From Verrucomicrobiales bacterium (GTDB taxonomy: Bacteria; Verrucomicrobiota; Verrucomicrobiia; Verrucomicrobiales; DEV007): a stretch of DNA of 63,379 bases. The stretch covers positions 1 through 63,379 of the forward strand of contig JBLHHN010000001.1 in NCBI GenBank assembly GCA_047616785.1, in the 5' to 3' direction. Position numbers and translations under genes: made by a program. Of the stretch, positions 19,301-27,816 are shown piece by piece (position 1 is the first letter of the stretch; each line of letters starts with the position of its first letter). The notes under the pieces are model-generated. The model searched no databases. It was not told the DNA's origin and saw only the letters and a program-made list of their open reading frames with translations.

Positions 19301-20066
19301 CGCTGGATTTCGTCGTGAGGATTTCGAATTTGTCGAACTCTACAATCGCGGGGCGACATCGACCGATCTGACATTGTTGCGATTCACTAAGGGCATTGAT
19401 TTCGATTTCGATGATGGTGAAGTGACAACGGTAGCCGCAGGCGAGACGGTTCTGATTGTGGCCAACGAAGCAGCCTTTGCACTTCGATATGGCAATGATC
19501 TTCCCGTGGCGGGAAGCTACTCTGGCAGTCTTGCGAATAGCGGAGAACGTCTTAAGCTTTCAGTTGGAGCAGGAACGCCGTTGATCGAGTTTACCTATGA
19601 CGATGGCGAAGGATGGCCGAGTGAGAGCGATGGGGACGGCCAATCATTGGTAAGAATCGATCCTCAGACGGATGCAAATCTTTCTCTGGCTAAAAGTTGG
19701 GTGATCGGGGAACCGGGAGGCACACCTGGAAACGTCTCCGCCACGGTGACGCCTCCGACTAACCGCGATACTGATGGTGATGGCATGTCCAATGAAGCCG
19801 AAGCACTAGCAGGTACAGACCCTAACAATCCAAATGATGTTCTCCGTTTGATGTCGATCGTTCGCGCGTCAAGTGGGGTGGATCTTGTCTGGTCGAGTGT
19901 CATAGGGAAAACCTACGTTGTGGAATACACCGGGAATCTGGAGGGAGGCGATTGGGAAACTGCAAGTGAATTGCCGGCAGAGGATGTGGTGACGCTCTTT
20001 GAAGATATCGAGGCTTCACGGACTCAGAAAGGTGAGGGTTATTATCGAGTTCGGGTGCAGCCCTGA
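16353..20066 (+). CDS. giant secreted CotH-kinase-family / LTD protein, paralog 2
   Basis: 1237 aa with a signal peptide (ALLLALALMQGALHA). It has an N-terminal LTD (EFIELYNPTDSEIDLSGWSF), a CotH core (FRLHGLAGVPSPKTHHVHFRIID and GGDLWGLYLSQQHPDGRLL), a second LTD (FVELYNRGATSTDLTLLRF), a DTDGDG..GTDP motif and a C-terminal module ending YYRVRVQP. Confidence 0.9.
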   Translation: MNRSYFALLLALALMQGALHAQDPFPISVAIHEIHYHPNLPTESVEFIELYNPTDSEIDLSGWSFSEGIDHVFSAGEMIGANTLYLLAQDAAAYNKKFGSIFTGGVKANVQWDAGMLSNTGETLTLRNAANKIIDQVDYQDGFPWPVSADGGGASMELVNALEDNGLSGHWRASVKPTPGKENAMRLENPPPAVRQVAHAPKAPTASDTVVVSAKATDADGVASMILALQVITPGSYIRLTDDAYATSWEMFPMNDAGTDGDETAGDATYSTTVPAAMMQHRALIRYRIHAEDLLGNTVALPYEDDPTPNQGFLVYNGVPAWSGSSSGKSPRREFTAEEMATLPVYHLIADGEDVERCQYRSSDESRRFRGTMVYDGRVYDHIEFKIRGEFSTYQSGKNKWKFFFNRGTDFSARDNYGLEYASPFRVMNFSACASPWVPANRGMSGLEESTAFRLHGLAGVPSPKTHHVHFRIIDDAEEAPVPDQYGGDLWGLYLSQQHPDGRLLNQLGLPDGNTFKIESGNGDQKHEGPFESNYGAFVSQARRTQTAEWWHENMNMEHYYSFRAMNRAVGNIDIREGWNHYFYHHPNGQWSPLPWDLDMTFMPETHWSGTIDAKACLNTDEIAIEYSNRCRELLDLLLSNGTASGGQVGSVIEETAQWLGSQKDWQDVATIAKAQSRAEVTTASPHGYATGDRITMVGVSADAYNGEHEITVVGDTSFSYPVSIFAAQSPAGDSIQVGKSVGAGSAWAQIDQAMWNNHPRSTGGHQDNFYANPTTQGFQGGTLTRTLPSADISGFAEYLKGFTTNTDPDDFKVGDGDQRGYGYNYVREESNDGKAPDRPIISYVGENDFPVDGLRFQSGEFSGGTIFAKQSFVSMQWRIGEIYNPSTPNYEANTPWRYEIAPVWESEAVTEFTAEMTVPANVLRPGSTYRARVRHLNQFGGWSRWSEPIEFVAGGPDLSVFADLVVTELMYHPGAPSEAEQAAGFRREDFEFVELYNRGATSTDLTLLRFTKGIDFDFDDGEVTTVAAGETVLIVANEAAFALRYGNDLPVAGSYSGSLANSGERLKLSVGAGTPLIEFTYDDGEGWPSESDGDGQSLVRIDPQTDANLSLAKSWVIGEPGGTPGNVSATVTPPTNRDTDGDGMSNEAEALAGTDPNNPNDVLRLMSIVRASSGVDLVWSSVIGKTYVVEYTGNLEGGDWETASELPAEDVVTLFEDIEASRTQKGEGYYRVRVQP

Positions 20067-20132
20067 TCGCATCAAGGGCGAGAATGTGCTAACAGGACCC
20101 CAGATGGCATTGGAATGCCAAACTACGAAACG

Positions 20133-22022
20133 TTAGGGTGACTTCTTCGGTTGCCATTGCTCGTCAAAGAACCCTGAGGCGACGACTTTGCCGGCGGCTT
20201 GATCATTTGGTGGTGTTCGGGTGTCGATGATGGCCCAATCTCCAAGTTTGGGATTCTGTATGGAATTGGTGCGATCGTGGGCTTCACGGAAGGTGGGGCC
20301 GCTATTGAGGACGATGTAGCGATCGGGCTGCTCGGGATTGGGATAGATCATGAGGAGCATGTGATGCTGACTGTCCCAGTGTTGGTCGCCGACGCGGATC
20401 TCTTGATCGCTCCACTGAATCGGCGTGCTGGTCATGAACCGCTTGATGGCCGGATCCGACATGGGTGTGCCCCAGTAGAGCAGATGATAGGCCTGTCGAT
20501 CTTGTTCTGTGAGTGCCTCTGCGGTCTTGGAGCGCACCTGGCCTCGGAAAAGGGCGCTCCAACGCTCATGAAAGTGCTTGGACTCGAATTCGTGCCACGG
20601 GCTGAGTTTCGCTGGGGTGACTTCCAAGAATGGCTCCAAGAAAGCGTCATCGATGGGGCCTTGGAGACCTGGCCGTTTGTGCAAGCCACTGGATTGTTCA
20701 CCGCGAGACCACTGGCCTTCGGCATCTCGCAGGAAGTGGTTCGGGGAACCTGCGGAAATAGGCTGGCCATCGATGGTCAGGGTTTGCCCGAGTTGTTTCC
20801 GGCGAAAGGAAGTGATGTTCTTGGTGGTGATGCGAACTTTGTGGGCGTCTTTGATCACAGCGTCGAGTCGACTGTCCTGATAGTGTTCTTTTAATCCCGT
20901 GATCTGCCAGGCTTCATCTCCCGCGTAGCGCAAGGTTCGCGTTTGCCAATGCCAGGACATCCGCGGCTCCGCAGCTTTGACCAACTGGGTTTTGAGCCAC
21001 GCTTTGATTTCCGTGAGGGCGTCAGGATGGTATTTGTGCCCCATTTCTGGTCCGATGACATGATAGAGCGCCTTCCCCTCCCTCTCCAATGCGGCGGCCA
21101 TGACTTGGGCGGCTTGGATTTGTTTGTCATTCTCCCCGCTGTAGGCGACGAGAGGAACATTGAAGAAATTGCGAGCGTAGTTAGGCACATCATAGATTCT
21201 CCAAAGAGTCTGTTCGTAAGAGGGAGGATAGTTCTCGGGCTTGAGTCGATTGTACTGAGCGGTCTCTGCGAAACCTGCGCCGGCGTGAACGGCAGCCCAC
21301 TTGCCAGCATGATGCGCGCCGAGATGCCAGGCACCAGCACCGCCCATGGAAAAGCCTAACAGAACGATGCGCGTCTCATCGATACGGTAGCGTCGTTGAA
21401 CATCTCTGATGGCTTCTAGCACATCGACCTCACCTGCGGCTTTGAATCCGATGCAGTGTCGGCCGAATGGGTGCAGTGTGATGCCATCCTCAAACTGAAA
21501 GGGGCTGCGTTTCTTCTCACGATCTCGGATGAAGTAGAGATCGGTGTTCTTGTCTCCACGACCATGCAGCCATACGTAAAGGGTGCTGGGTTGTGTGAGA
21601 TCGAGACCTTCAGGAACTTCGAGCCCGTAGGGTTGCAGCGAGTCATCTAGTTGGGAACGAAAGCCACAGACGATGAGCCCGCGCTCTTGTTTCCATGGGG
21701 TCTCGCCTTTTCGAAGAACATCGAATCGGCGAGAGGCTGACTCAATGGCACTGTTGGCGTGCTCGAATGCGTCTTTGTGATAGAATTCACCATGCGCGTG
21801 GGCGCGACGGACCGCTTCCAAGTAGATGGCAGCGTTTGGATAGGACGGGTGATCTTTGGCGACCGACCAAAGCGGAGCCATGAGGGCTTCTTGGGACCGT
21901 CTTTCTTCCACAGAGGGAAGGTGAGTCCCAGGCGGCGGGAGCAGACGTTTAATCGCGGGGATCTCCTGCGCTTGGAGAGATGTGAGTGTAGCGATGCCTA
22001 ACGCGAGGTGCAGCCAGTTCAT
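20133..22022 (-). CDS. secreted alpha/beta hydrolase (prolyl-oligopeptidase/esterase-like)
   Basis: Signal peptide (LALGIATLTSLQAQ), nucleophile elbow GFSMGG, and a large C-terminal extension of unknown fold. Confidence 0.75.
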   Translation of the reverse strand: MNWLHLALGIATLTSLQAQEIPAIKRLLPPPGTHLPSVEERRSQEALMAPLWSVAKDHPSYPNAAIYLEAVRRAHAHGEFYHKDAFEHANSAIESASRRFDVLRKGETPWKQERGLIVCGFRSQLDDSLQPYGLEVPEGLDLTQPSTLYVWLHGRGDKNTDLYFIRDREKKRSPFQFEDGITLHPFGRHCIGFKAAGEVDVLEAIRDVQRRYRIDETRIVLLGFSMGGAGAWHLGAHHAGKWAAVHAGAGFAETAQYNRLKPENYPPSYEQTLWRIYDVPNYARNFFNVPLVAYSGENDKQIQAAQVMAAALEREGKALYHVIGPEMGHKYHPDALTEIKAWLKTQLVKAAEPRMSWHWQTRTLRYAGDEAWQITGLKEHYQDSRLDAVIKDAHKVRITTKNITSFRRKQLGQTLTIDGQPISAGSPNHFLRDAEGQWSRGEQSSGLHKRPGLQGPIDDAFLEPFLEVTPAKLSPWHEFESKHFHERWSALFRGQVRSKTAEALTEQDRQAYHLLYWGTPMSDPAIKRFMTSTPIQWSDQEIRVGDQHWDSQHHMLLMIYPNPEQPDRYIVLNSGPTFREAHDRTNSIQNPKLGDWAIIDTRTPPNDQAAGKVVASGFFDEQWQPKKSP

Positions 22023-22134
22023 GGCCCTATCATAGGAGGATCAATCGCTCGTGGCGATCAGAACTGATGAAGAAGAAACCACAACGATCGCAAGCCAGGG
22101 CGTTCGCGCCCGCCCAGCTTGCTCCGTTTACGGA

Positions 22135-22968
22135 TCAACGCCAAAAGCGCGTCAGACGTTGAAAAGAGGAGGAAATGGTGTTGGCAGGAGCAGCCGATAC
22201 CCATACCGGCACGGCGGTGCGCGGCGATTGCGGGATGGGCTGCCGCACCAGGACGGTGCGGCGAGGCTGAGGCGGAAGCGCCATTGGATGGCGGCCCATG
22301 AAAGCGGCGATCGCAGTAGCGACAGCATGGGCCTGCATCTCACGATAGGCTATCTGGCTGATGCGAGTTCTTTCACTCACATTGCTAAGAAAGCCGCCTT
22401 CCACAAGCACTGCGACGGGGGCGACATTCTCACAAATAACCTTGAATCCTCGATTCTTCACCCCGCGGTCTTTCGCTCCAGTGGCTCGGATGAGGGCGTC
22501 TTGGACGAGACTAGCCAAACGGCGACTTGCCTGGTTGTAAAAGAACGTTTCGATGCCCTTAGCTTGCTGATTGGTAGCACCATTGTAATGCAGGCTGACG
22601 AATAGCGGCCGTTGGAAATACTTGGCATAAGCAGCGCGATCCGACAGAGACAGTGTGATATCTTTATCACGAGTGATCGCGGTGTTGACCCCCATGTCGT
22701 GCAGGTGACGTTCCACAGCCATGGCCCAATGGAGATTGAGATGTTTCTCGACCATGCCCCCATGGGTTGCACCGGCCTCTTTGCCTCCATGACCAGGGTC
22801 GATTACCACGGTGGAAAAGACCTGAGCGTTGGCATTCAGGCTTGAAAGGAAGAAGGCGGCGATTCCGACCGAGATGGTCAGAAGGAGGCAGCGCGAGCGA
22901 TGCTCGATTGCACCAGCAAGAATTTGGGTCTGGGAGAGTGAGTGGGGTTGAAATGCTCTGCTGGACAT
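22135..22968 (-). CDS. N-acetylmuramoyl-L-alanine amidase (Amidase_3 family)
   Basis: Contains VVIDPGHGGKEAG, FVSLHYNG and AVLVEGGFLSN. The ATG at 22968 is preferred over 23016 because it gives a hydrophobic signal segment and leaves room for a promoter. Confidence 0.85.
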   Translation of the reverse strand: MSSRAFQPHSLSQTQILAGAIEHRSRCLLLTISVGIAAFFLSSLNANAQVFSTVVIDPGHGGKEAGATHGGMVEKHLNLHWAMAVERHLHDMGVNTAITRDKDITLSLSDRAAYAKYFQRPLFVSLHYNGATNQQAKGIETFFYNQASRRLASLVQDALIRATGAKDRGVKNRGFKVICENVAPVAVLVEGGFLSNVSERTRISQIAYREMQAHAVATAIAAFMGRHPMALPPQPRRTVLVRQPIPQSPRTAVPVWVSAAPANTISSSFQRLTRFWR

Positions 22969-23016
22969 GGTTTTTGGCCTTTGAATGCTGGTTCTTTCGT
23001 CAGGCCAGCAGACCAA

Positions 23017-23133
23017 TCTATACTTATGGTAATTATAGTCAATGCGATAATTTGAGATCGCGCAGTTTAAATATTGTGATTTTTATAATTATCGGTATAC
23101 ATTTCCCTACTTGACGCTCACCTTCCCCAAGGA
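23017..23133. promoter_or_regulatory. AT-rich divergent promoter region (amidase <-> panD) with a TATAAT hexamer on each strand
   Basis: tataat lies at 23084-23089 on the plus strand and attata at 23032-23037 (TATAAT on the minus strand). This is the most AT-rich spacer in this part of the window. Promoter function is not proven. Confidence 0.35.
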
Positions 23134-23148
23134 TTGATTCGCGATCAA

Positions 23149-23502
23149 ATGCTGCGTTCTCAACTCAAGTCCAAGATTCACCGGGCCATCGTGACGGATG
23201 CTCACGTCGACTACGAAGGCAGCATCTCGATTCCAGAAGATCTCATGGAGGCATCCGGTCTATGGGAAGGCGAGAAAGTCCTCGTCGCCTCCATCACTTC
23301 AGGCAATCGCTTGGAAACCTATGTACAACGGGGCCCTGCTAGGGAGGGAGCGATCGTCATGAACGGAGGTGCCGCGCGCCTCATTCAGAAAGGCGAACGC
23401 GTGGCGATCATGGCCTTTGCTCTTTCGGCGGAGCCTATCCAAGCGAAGAAACTTCTTTGCAATGAGCGCAATGAAGTTATCCGTGTAGAAGATCACTGTT
23501 AA
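23149..23502 (+). CDS. panD: aspartate 1-decarboxylase
   Basis: MLRSQLKSKIHRAIVTDAHVDYEGSISI... carries the pyruvoyl-forming G-S site. The length (~117 aa) and sequence are classic PanD. Confidence 0.9.
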   Translation: MLRSQLKSKIHRAIVTDAHVDYEGSISIPEDLMEASGLWEGEKVLVASITSGNRLETYVQRGPAREGAIVMNGGAARLIQKGERVAIMAFALSAEPIQAKKLLCNERNEVIRVEDHC

Positions 23503-23555
23503 AGCAAGTAAGGCCACGCCAGGATCCGGCGCGTGTGGTGCCGCCTGAGAACAGG

Positions 23556-26500
23556 CTACTTCACCACTCCTCGGTAATAATTGTTAGGATATCCTCGACG
23601 ACCGGCATCGGTGTCTTCGTAAGTTCCGGTGACTTGGTTTGCGATCACCGTCCAATTCTCAAGATCTGTGGAATACTCGATGTCGTAGGTTGTCCCGTTA
23701 GGCAACGAAAGGGCGACACCTGCTGCGGTGACAGAGACGCTGGTGATTTCTGGTGCACGGGTCGTTTCATTGCCGCCGCCGCCTACTTGGCCGGGATCCG
23801 TTTCCGAAAAGGCGCCGGGAGTTCCACCAGCCACGGCTTGCCAATTTGTCGATTGATTCGCATAGGTGGCGAGACCAAGCCGCTCTAACGAAGCTCCTGT
23901 GCCATCGGCGTCGGCAGGCCATGGGGCGTTGTTGTCGTAGTCCACCTGGTCTGCCGTGATGTAGCGGAAGGTCGATTCCCCGGCATCATCTACCACGGGG
24001 ACTCCAGGACGCTGGAGACGAATGGATTCACCCGCATTGTTCAGACGGCCGTCAAACGGCCCATAAATGGTGATTGATTCAGCCACGCTGTAGGCCGCAC
24101 GGAAGGCGGCAGGATCCGTGCCGACGATCAATGCCACTTCTCCTGCCTCGAGCACTTCCCCTGCGGGAAACTCGAAATCGATCCCGGCGGTGATGCGCCA
24201 GACGTTCGCTGGGTTCGCTTCATCAAAGAGAGACACGGCCGCACTCGTGCGATTGCGGATCTCGATGTATTCGAAGCCCGTTTCTGAAGGGTTGTACATG
24301 ATCTCCGTGATAACGATCGGGCTCAATGCGGGCCCAGAATTCGCGGCCCCTAGAGAGGGTGATTCTTGAATGGCGTCTTGCACATCATCATCGGACGTGA
24401 CCAATCGTCCGACCGTGGCGCCTTCATCCGTGTCACCAAAGCTGAATCCATCGCGGTAACCTGTCAGAGTGCCATCAGGCAGAGCGGAGAAGAGCTGAAC
24501 GCTGTCTCCTGTGGAGCTGAGTCCGAATGCGTTCCCGAAGAACTCTGCTGGAAGATCGGCGTTGTTGGCAGGATCATTGTCGTTGTCCTGACGGAACACC
24601 ACATAGAATCCTGCTGGCACCACGGTGTCTGCAGGAATGGCGAACTTCAAAGGATCGTTGGCATTGTCCGTGAGCCACCAGCCACTAAGATCCACTTCAG
24701 CGTTGCTCGCATTGTAAAGCTCAATGGCGTCACTGCTACCAGCGCCAGAGTTGGCCAGGACCTCATTCACGACCACGGCAGGGGGCGTCTCACCGGCACT
24801 GCCTGGCGAACCTCCGGCAGCGGAGGAATCCACCGTCCATTGATCCACGTCTGATGGATCGACACCTGAAGCAGGATTCGCCAAAGTGAGAGAGAATCCA
24901 TAGTCATCGGGCGTGGTCGGCCAAGGCGCGCTGTCATTGTAGGCAAAGGAATGCAGGATCTCTTCGCCACGTTGCACCGCGAGGGTCTCTCCAGCATTGC
25001 TCAGCTGACCTACGAATTCGCCAGCCATGGGCACATCATTTCCGTAACGACTGGCGAAGGCACCTTTGTCAGAGACGATGGCGACACGTCCTCCTGGCGC
25101 TAACATTTGAATGGGTGATTCCTTGAATGTAAACTTCACCCCATTGGTGAACTCGACATCTCCAATGTACATGGTCTGCTCACTCACGTTGGTCAGCTCG
25201 ATGAACTCGAATTTGTCTTCATGAAAGTAGCCGACCGATTGTTCTGATGGTTGACCATCGCGTGGGTGATACATGATCTCGGAAATGAGCAAATTCTCGG
25301 AACTCGCAGAAACACCATCGACGACCACGGCAGATCTGATGATGCCGCTCCACTGGTCTTGAAGCTTGGCTCGCATGGTGATGCTGGTATTCTCCGTGGG
25401 CGCCACCGTGTTACCCGCCAAGACGGCGGATGGATGGACCTCACCGCCGGGCAAACGTGGGTCCGTGCCGTCAGTCGTGTACCAGGCTTCTTGAGGGGTA
25501 AACAAGGTGCCGCCATCTTTGACTCTCACGCTATCCCCTGAGGCGAGCAGGCCGAAATTCTCCATCCGTGCTTGGGCGGCGAATTGCTCATCCATCCATT
25601 CGACCCGTGCCTTGAGCCAGCCTTTCAAATGCGTCACCTCACCTTCCCAAGTATCATCTCCACCATTGAACTCCGCACCCGAGCGGTCACCTGGAGGACG
25701 TGTCGAAGCCCAGCGTTCGAAGTTCCGCACTTGACCTTCGCGGATCTCGGCAGCCATGGAATCGATGATGCTGTTCATGTTCTCCTCAGCCCAGACGGTC
25801 CTCCGCAGCTCATGATAACGATCAATCCACTCCTGCCAGAATTCGGGCATTCTCGCTTCGCCACCCTTCCTATTCACTCCAGTGCCCAGGAGATTTTTCC
25901 ACATGCCTTGATTGGCAAAGTAGGAAACCCAAGCCTTGGGGTCGCGAGCTCTGGCATCCGAGTCACAGCCCATCGTTCTATCAAAGTCCCAAATAGGACT
26001 ATAGAAGAGCTTTCCATTGACCGGCTGATAGAGGTAGGTGCTCAAGCGCAGCCCGTCAGGATCACGCGTCAGCGTGCGTGCGAGGTACTCATCGATCCAT
26101 GATTGGGTATCAATGAAAGTGCGATAGCCTGTTTCCGGATTCTCTGGATCATCACCCTTCATCGCTTCAATCGCGTCATCCATGTAACCTTTCAAACCGT
26201 TGTTCTGCTGCGTGGTCACATTGTCAGCCCCTTGCGGCTCCACCCACACGAAGGTATCGCCACCGGCCGAGAAAGTCTTGTCTCCTGCCACACCACTGGT
26301 GCGGTCCACTTTCACGATGTAGCCTCCGTCCTTCCCACCGTCTGCAGGTGTGATCTGCAGACGATCATCCGCGATCTTGATCTTCTCCATGAACGCGTAG
26401 ACACCGTAGTAGTCATTCGCATCCAGATCGTCGCCATCCAGGTTCATGAAGACTTCCACAAAGCGCGTGCGTGGGGCCCATCGCCCCATTTGGCGAAACA

Positions 26501-27659
26501 TCTCGTACATGAATGGATTCCGCATCAACGCGCGATCGAATACCATCCGTCCGCTCAAAACCCAATCCGAATCCGCAGGCAATCCTAACGGTGCGATATC
26601 TTTGTCTGCCCAGTTGGCATCATCATACCAAGCTTCCATCGCGAGTGATCTCTTGGCATTCCCGGAAGTACTGGACCCACGGGAACGAATCCCTGCGCGG
26701 GTGTGCAAGTCAGCGACCTGCGCAAGGTTCGTGCGCTTTGCCTCGCCTTCACCGGCATCTTTCGGCTCGAGGATCATCCACGAAGCCGGAATGAACCTTG
26801 TCTTCGTCGGAAGACCTTGGTCATTGTTATCGAGGACAATGACAGGAAGGTCCGAACTCCAGTCGGCGAGTTCATCGCTCACTCTCACATACGTTTCGGT
26901 CTCCACTTCACTGGGCAATTTGCCGTCCTCGAAGACGCGAGCGCGAATCTGAGTGGTCGAATTAATCGTGATCGGGCCGTCATACCATTTGGGTGGCGAG
27001 AAAAGGGATTCTTCAGGGAGATTGCGATTGTCCGTGTAACCGATCCTAGCACCTTCTGGCAAGTTGTTCGCGGTCAGCTCGAGAGTGAGGTCACCGCGGA
27101 AGGTCTGACTCTTGATGCTGAATTTCACATTGGTGCTAGGCAGATCCAGAGCAGCGCTGTTCTCAGCGCCGGGCGTCGCGCGCGTCATGTAGCCCTCATG
27201 CCCATACGACACGCGATCATACATCTTTGGAAGCGGATCGAACTCATCAAGGACATTTCCGTCAGGGTCGACGAGCGCCAGATAATCGCCCCCGCGGCTT
27301 AATTTGAAATTCGTGTGTGGCACACTGGCAAAGAGGCCTGTCTTGTTCTTCCCTGAAGCATAGACGACAAGGTACTCACCTGGGTCGATCCGTTGGTTGC
27401 CAGAGAATTTCCAACGACGGAGATCGTTCTTCCTATCCGTCATGCCATAACCGGACAACGAGATCATTTCTGTGCCAGCATTGTGGATCTCAATGAGATC
27501 AGAAACTTGGCCGTCCTCATCGAAGAAGAGTTCGGGTTCTTTGCCTTTCTCATCGGCGACGGCGATCGCCACCACTTCGGTGATGGTGAGCTGTGCGGAT
27601 GATGTGGCGTGAAGGAAGGCAAGTAGGCCAAAGGAGGCGGAGAGGGTTTTCGAGTTCAT
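23556..27659 (-). CDS. giant secreted CotH-kinase-family / LTD protein, paralog 3
   Basis: 1367 aa with a signal peptide (FGLLAFLHATSSA). It has an N-terminal LTD (LIEIHNAGTEMISLSGYGMTD), a CotH core (YYGVYAFMEKIK, PIWDFDRTMG), three further LTDs (FIELTNVSEQ.., AIELYNASNAEVDLSGWWLTD, YIEIRNRTSAAVSL) and a C-terminal module (TYDIEYSTDLENWTV...NYYRGVVK). Confidence 0.9.
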   Translation of the reverse strand: MNSKTLSASFGLLAFLHATSSAQLTITEVVAIAVADEKGKEPELFFDEDGQVSDLIEIHNAGTEMISLSGYGMTDRKNDLRRWKFSGNQRIDPGEYLVVYASGKNKTGLFASVPHTNFKLSRGGDYLALVDPDGNVLDEFDPLPKMYDRVSYGHEGYMTRATPGAENSAALDLPSTNVKFSIKSQTFRGDLTLELTANNLPEGARIGYTDNRNLPEESLFSPPKWYDGPITINSTTQIRARVFEDGKLPSEVETETYVRVSDELADWSSDLPVIVLDNNDQGLPTKTRFIPASWMILEPKDAGEGEAKRTNLAQVADLHTRAGIRSRGSSTSGNAKRSLAMEAWYDDANWADKDIAPLGLPADSDWVLSGRMVFDRALMRNPFMYEMFRQMGRWAPRTRFVEVFMNLDGDDLDANDYYGVYAFMEKIKIADDRLQITPADGGKDGGYIVKVDRTSGVAGDKTFSAGGDTFVWVEPQGADNVTTQQNNGLKGYMDDAIEAMKGDDPENPETGYRTFIDTQSWIDEYLARTLTRDPDGLRLSTYLYQPVNGKLFYSPIWDFDRTMGCDSDARARDPKAWVSYFANQGMWKNLLGTGVNRKGGEARMPEFWQEWIDRYHELRRTVWAEENMNSIIDSMAAEIREGQVRNFERWASTRPPGDRSGAEFNGGDDTWEGEVTHLKGWLKARVEWMDEQFAAQARMENFGLLASGDSVRVKDGGTLFTPQEAWYTTDGTDPRLPGGEVHPSAVLAGNTVAPTENTSITMRAKLQDQWSGIIRSAVVVDGVSASSENLLISEIMYHPRDGQPSEQSVGYFHEDKFEFIELTNVSEQTMYIGDVEFTNGVKFTFKESPIQMLAPGGRVAIVSDKGAFASRYGNDVPMAGEFVGQLSNAGETLAVQRGEEILHSFAYNDSAPWPTTPDDYGFSLTLANPASGVDPSDVDQWTVDSSAAGGSPGSAGETPPAVVVNEVLANSGAGSSDAIELYNASNAEVDLSGWWLTDNANDPLKFAIPADTVVPAGFYVVFRQDNDNDPANNADLPAEFFGNAFGLSSTGDSVQLFSALPDGTLTGYRDGFSFGDTDEGATVGRLVTSDDDVQDAIQESPSLGAANSGPALSPIVITEIMYNPSETGFEYIEIRNRTSAAVSLFDEANPANVWRITAGIDFEFPAGEVLEAGEVALIVGTDPAAFRAAYSVAESITIYGPFDGRLNNAGESIRLQRPGVPVVDDAGESTFRYITADQVDYDNNAPWPADADGTGASLERLGLATYANQSTNWQAVAGGTPGAFSETDPGQVGGGGNETTRAPEITSVSVTAAGVALSLPNGTTYDIEYSTDLENWTVIANQVTGTYEDTDAGRRGYPNNYYRGVVK

Positions 27660-27816
27660 GACAAAGGGGTAGGTGTGACGTTCTAGACACCCAAATTACC
27701 TGATCGCGCCCCCTGTTGCCCATCATAAAAGTGCGTTTTATCCCTTTGGATTATGGTTGCCAAGCGATCCAGATCGGATTATTGCCCGGACCTGAACGCG
27801 ATTTACCACACGTAAC

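Noticed and set aside
20105-20120. Palindrome tggcatt-gg-aatgcca between the convergent cotH2 and hydrolase genes, considered as a bidirectional terminator.
   Set aside because: The stem is short, the loop is too small, and there is no U-tract on either strand. The evidence is too weak to call.
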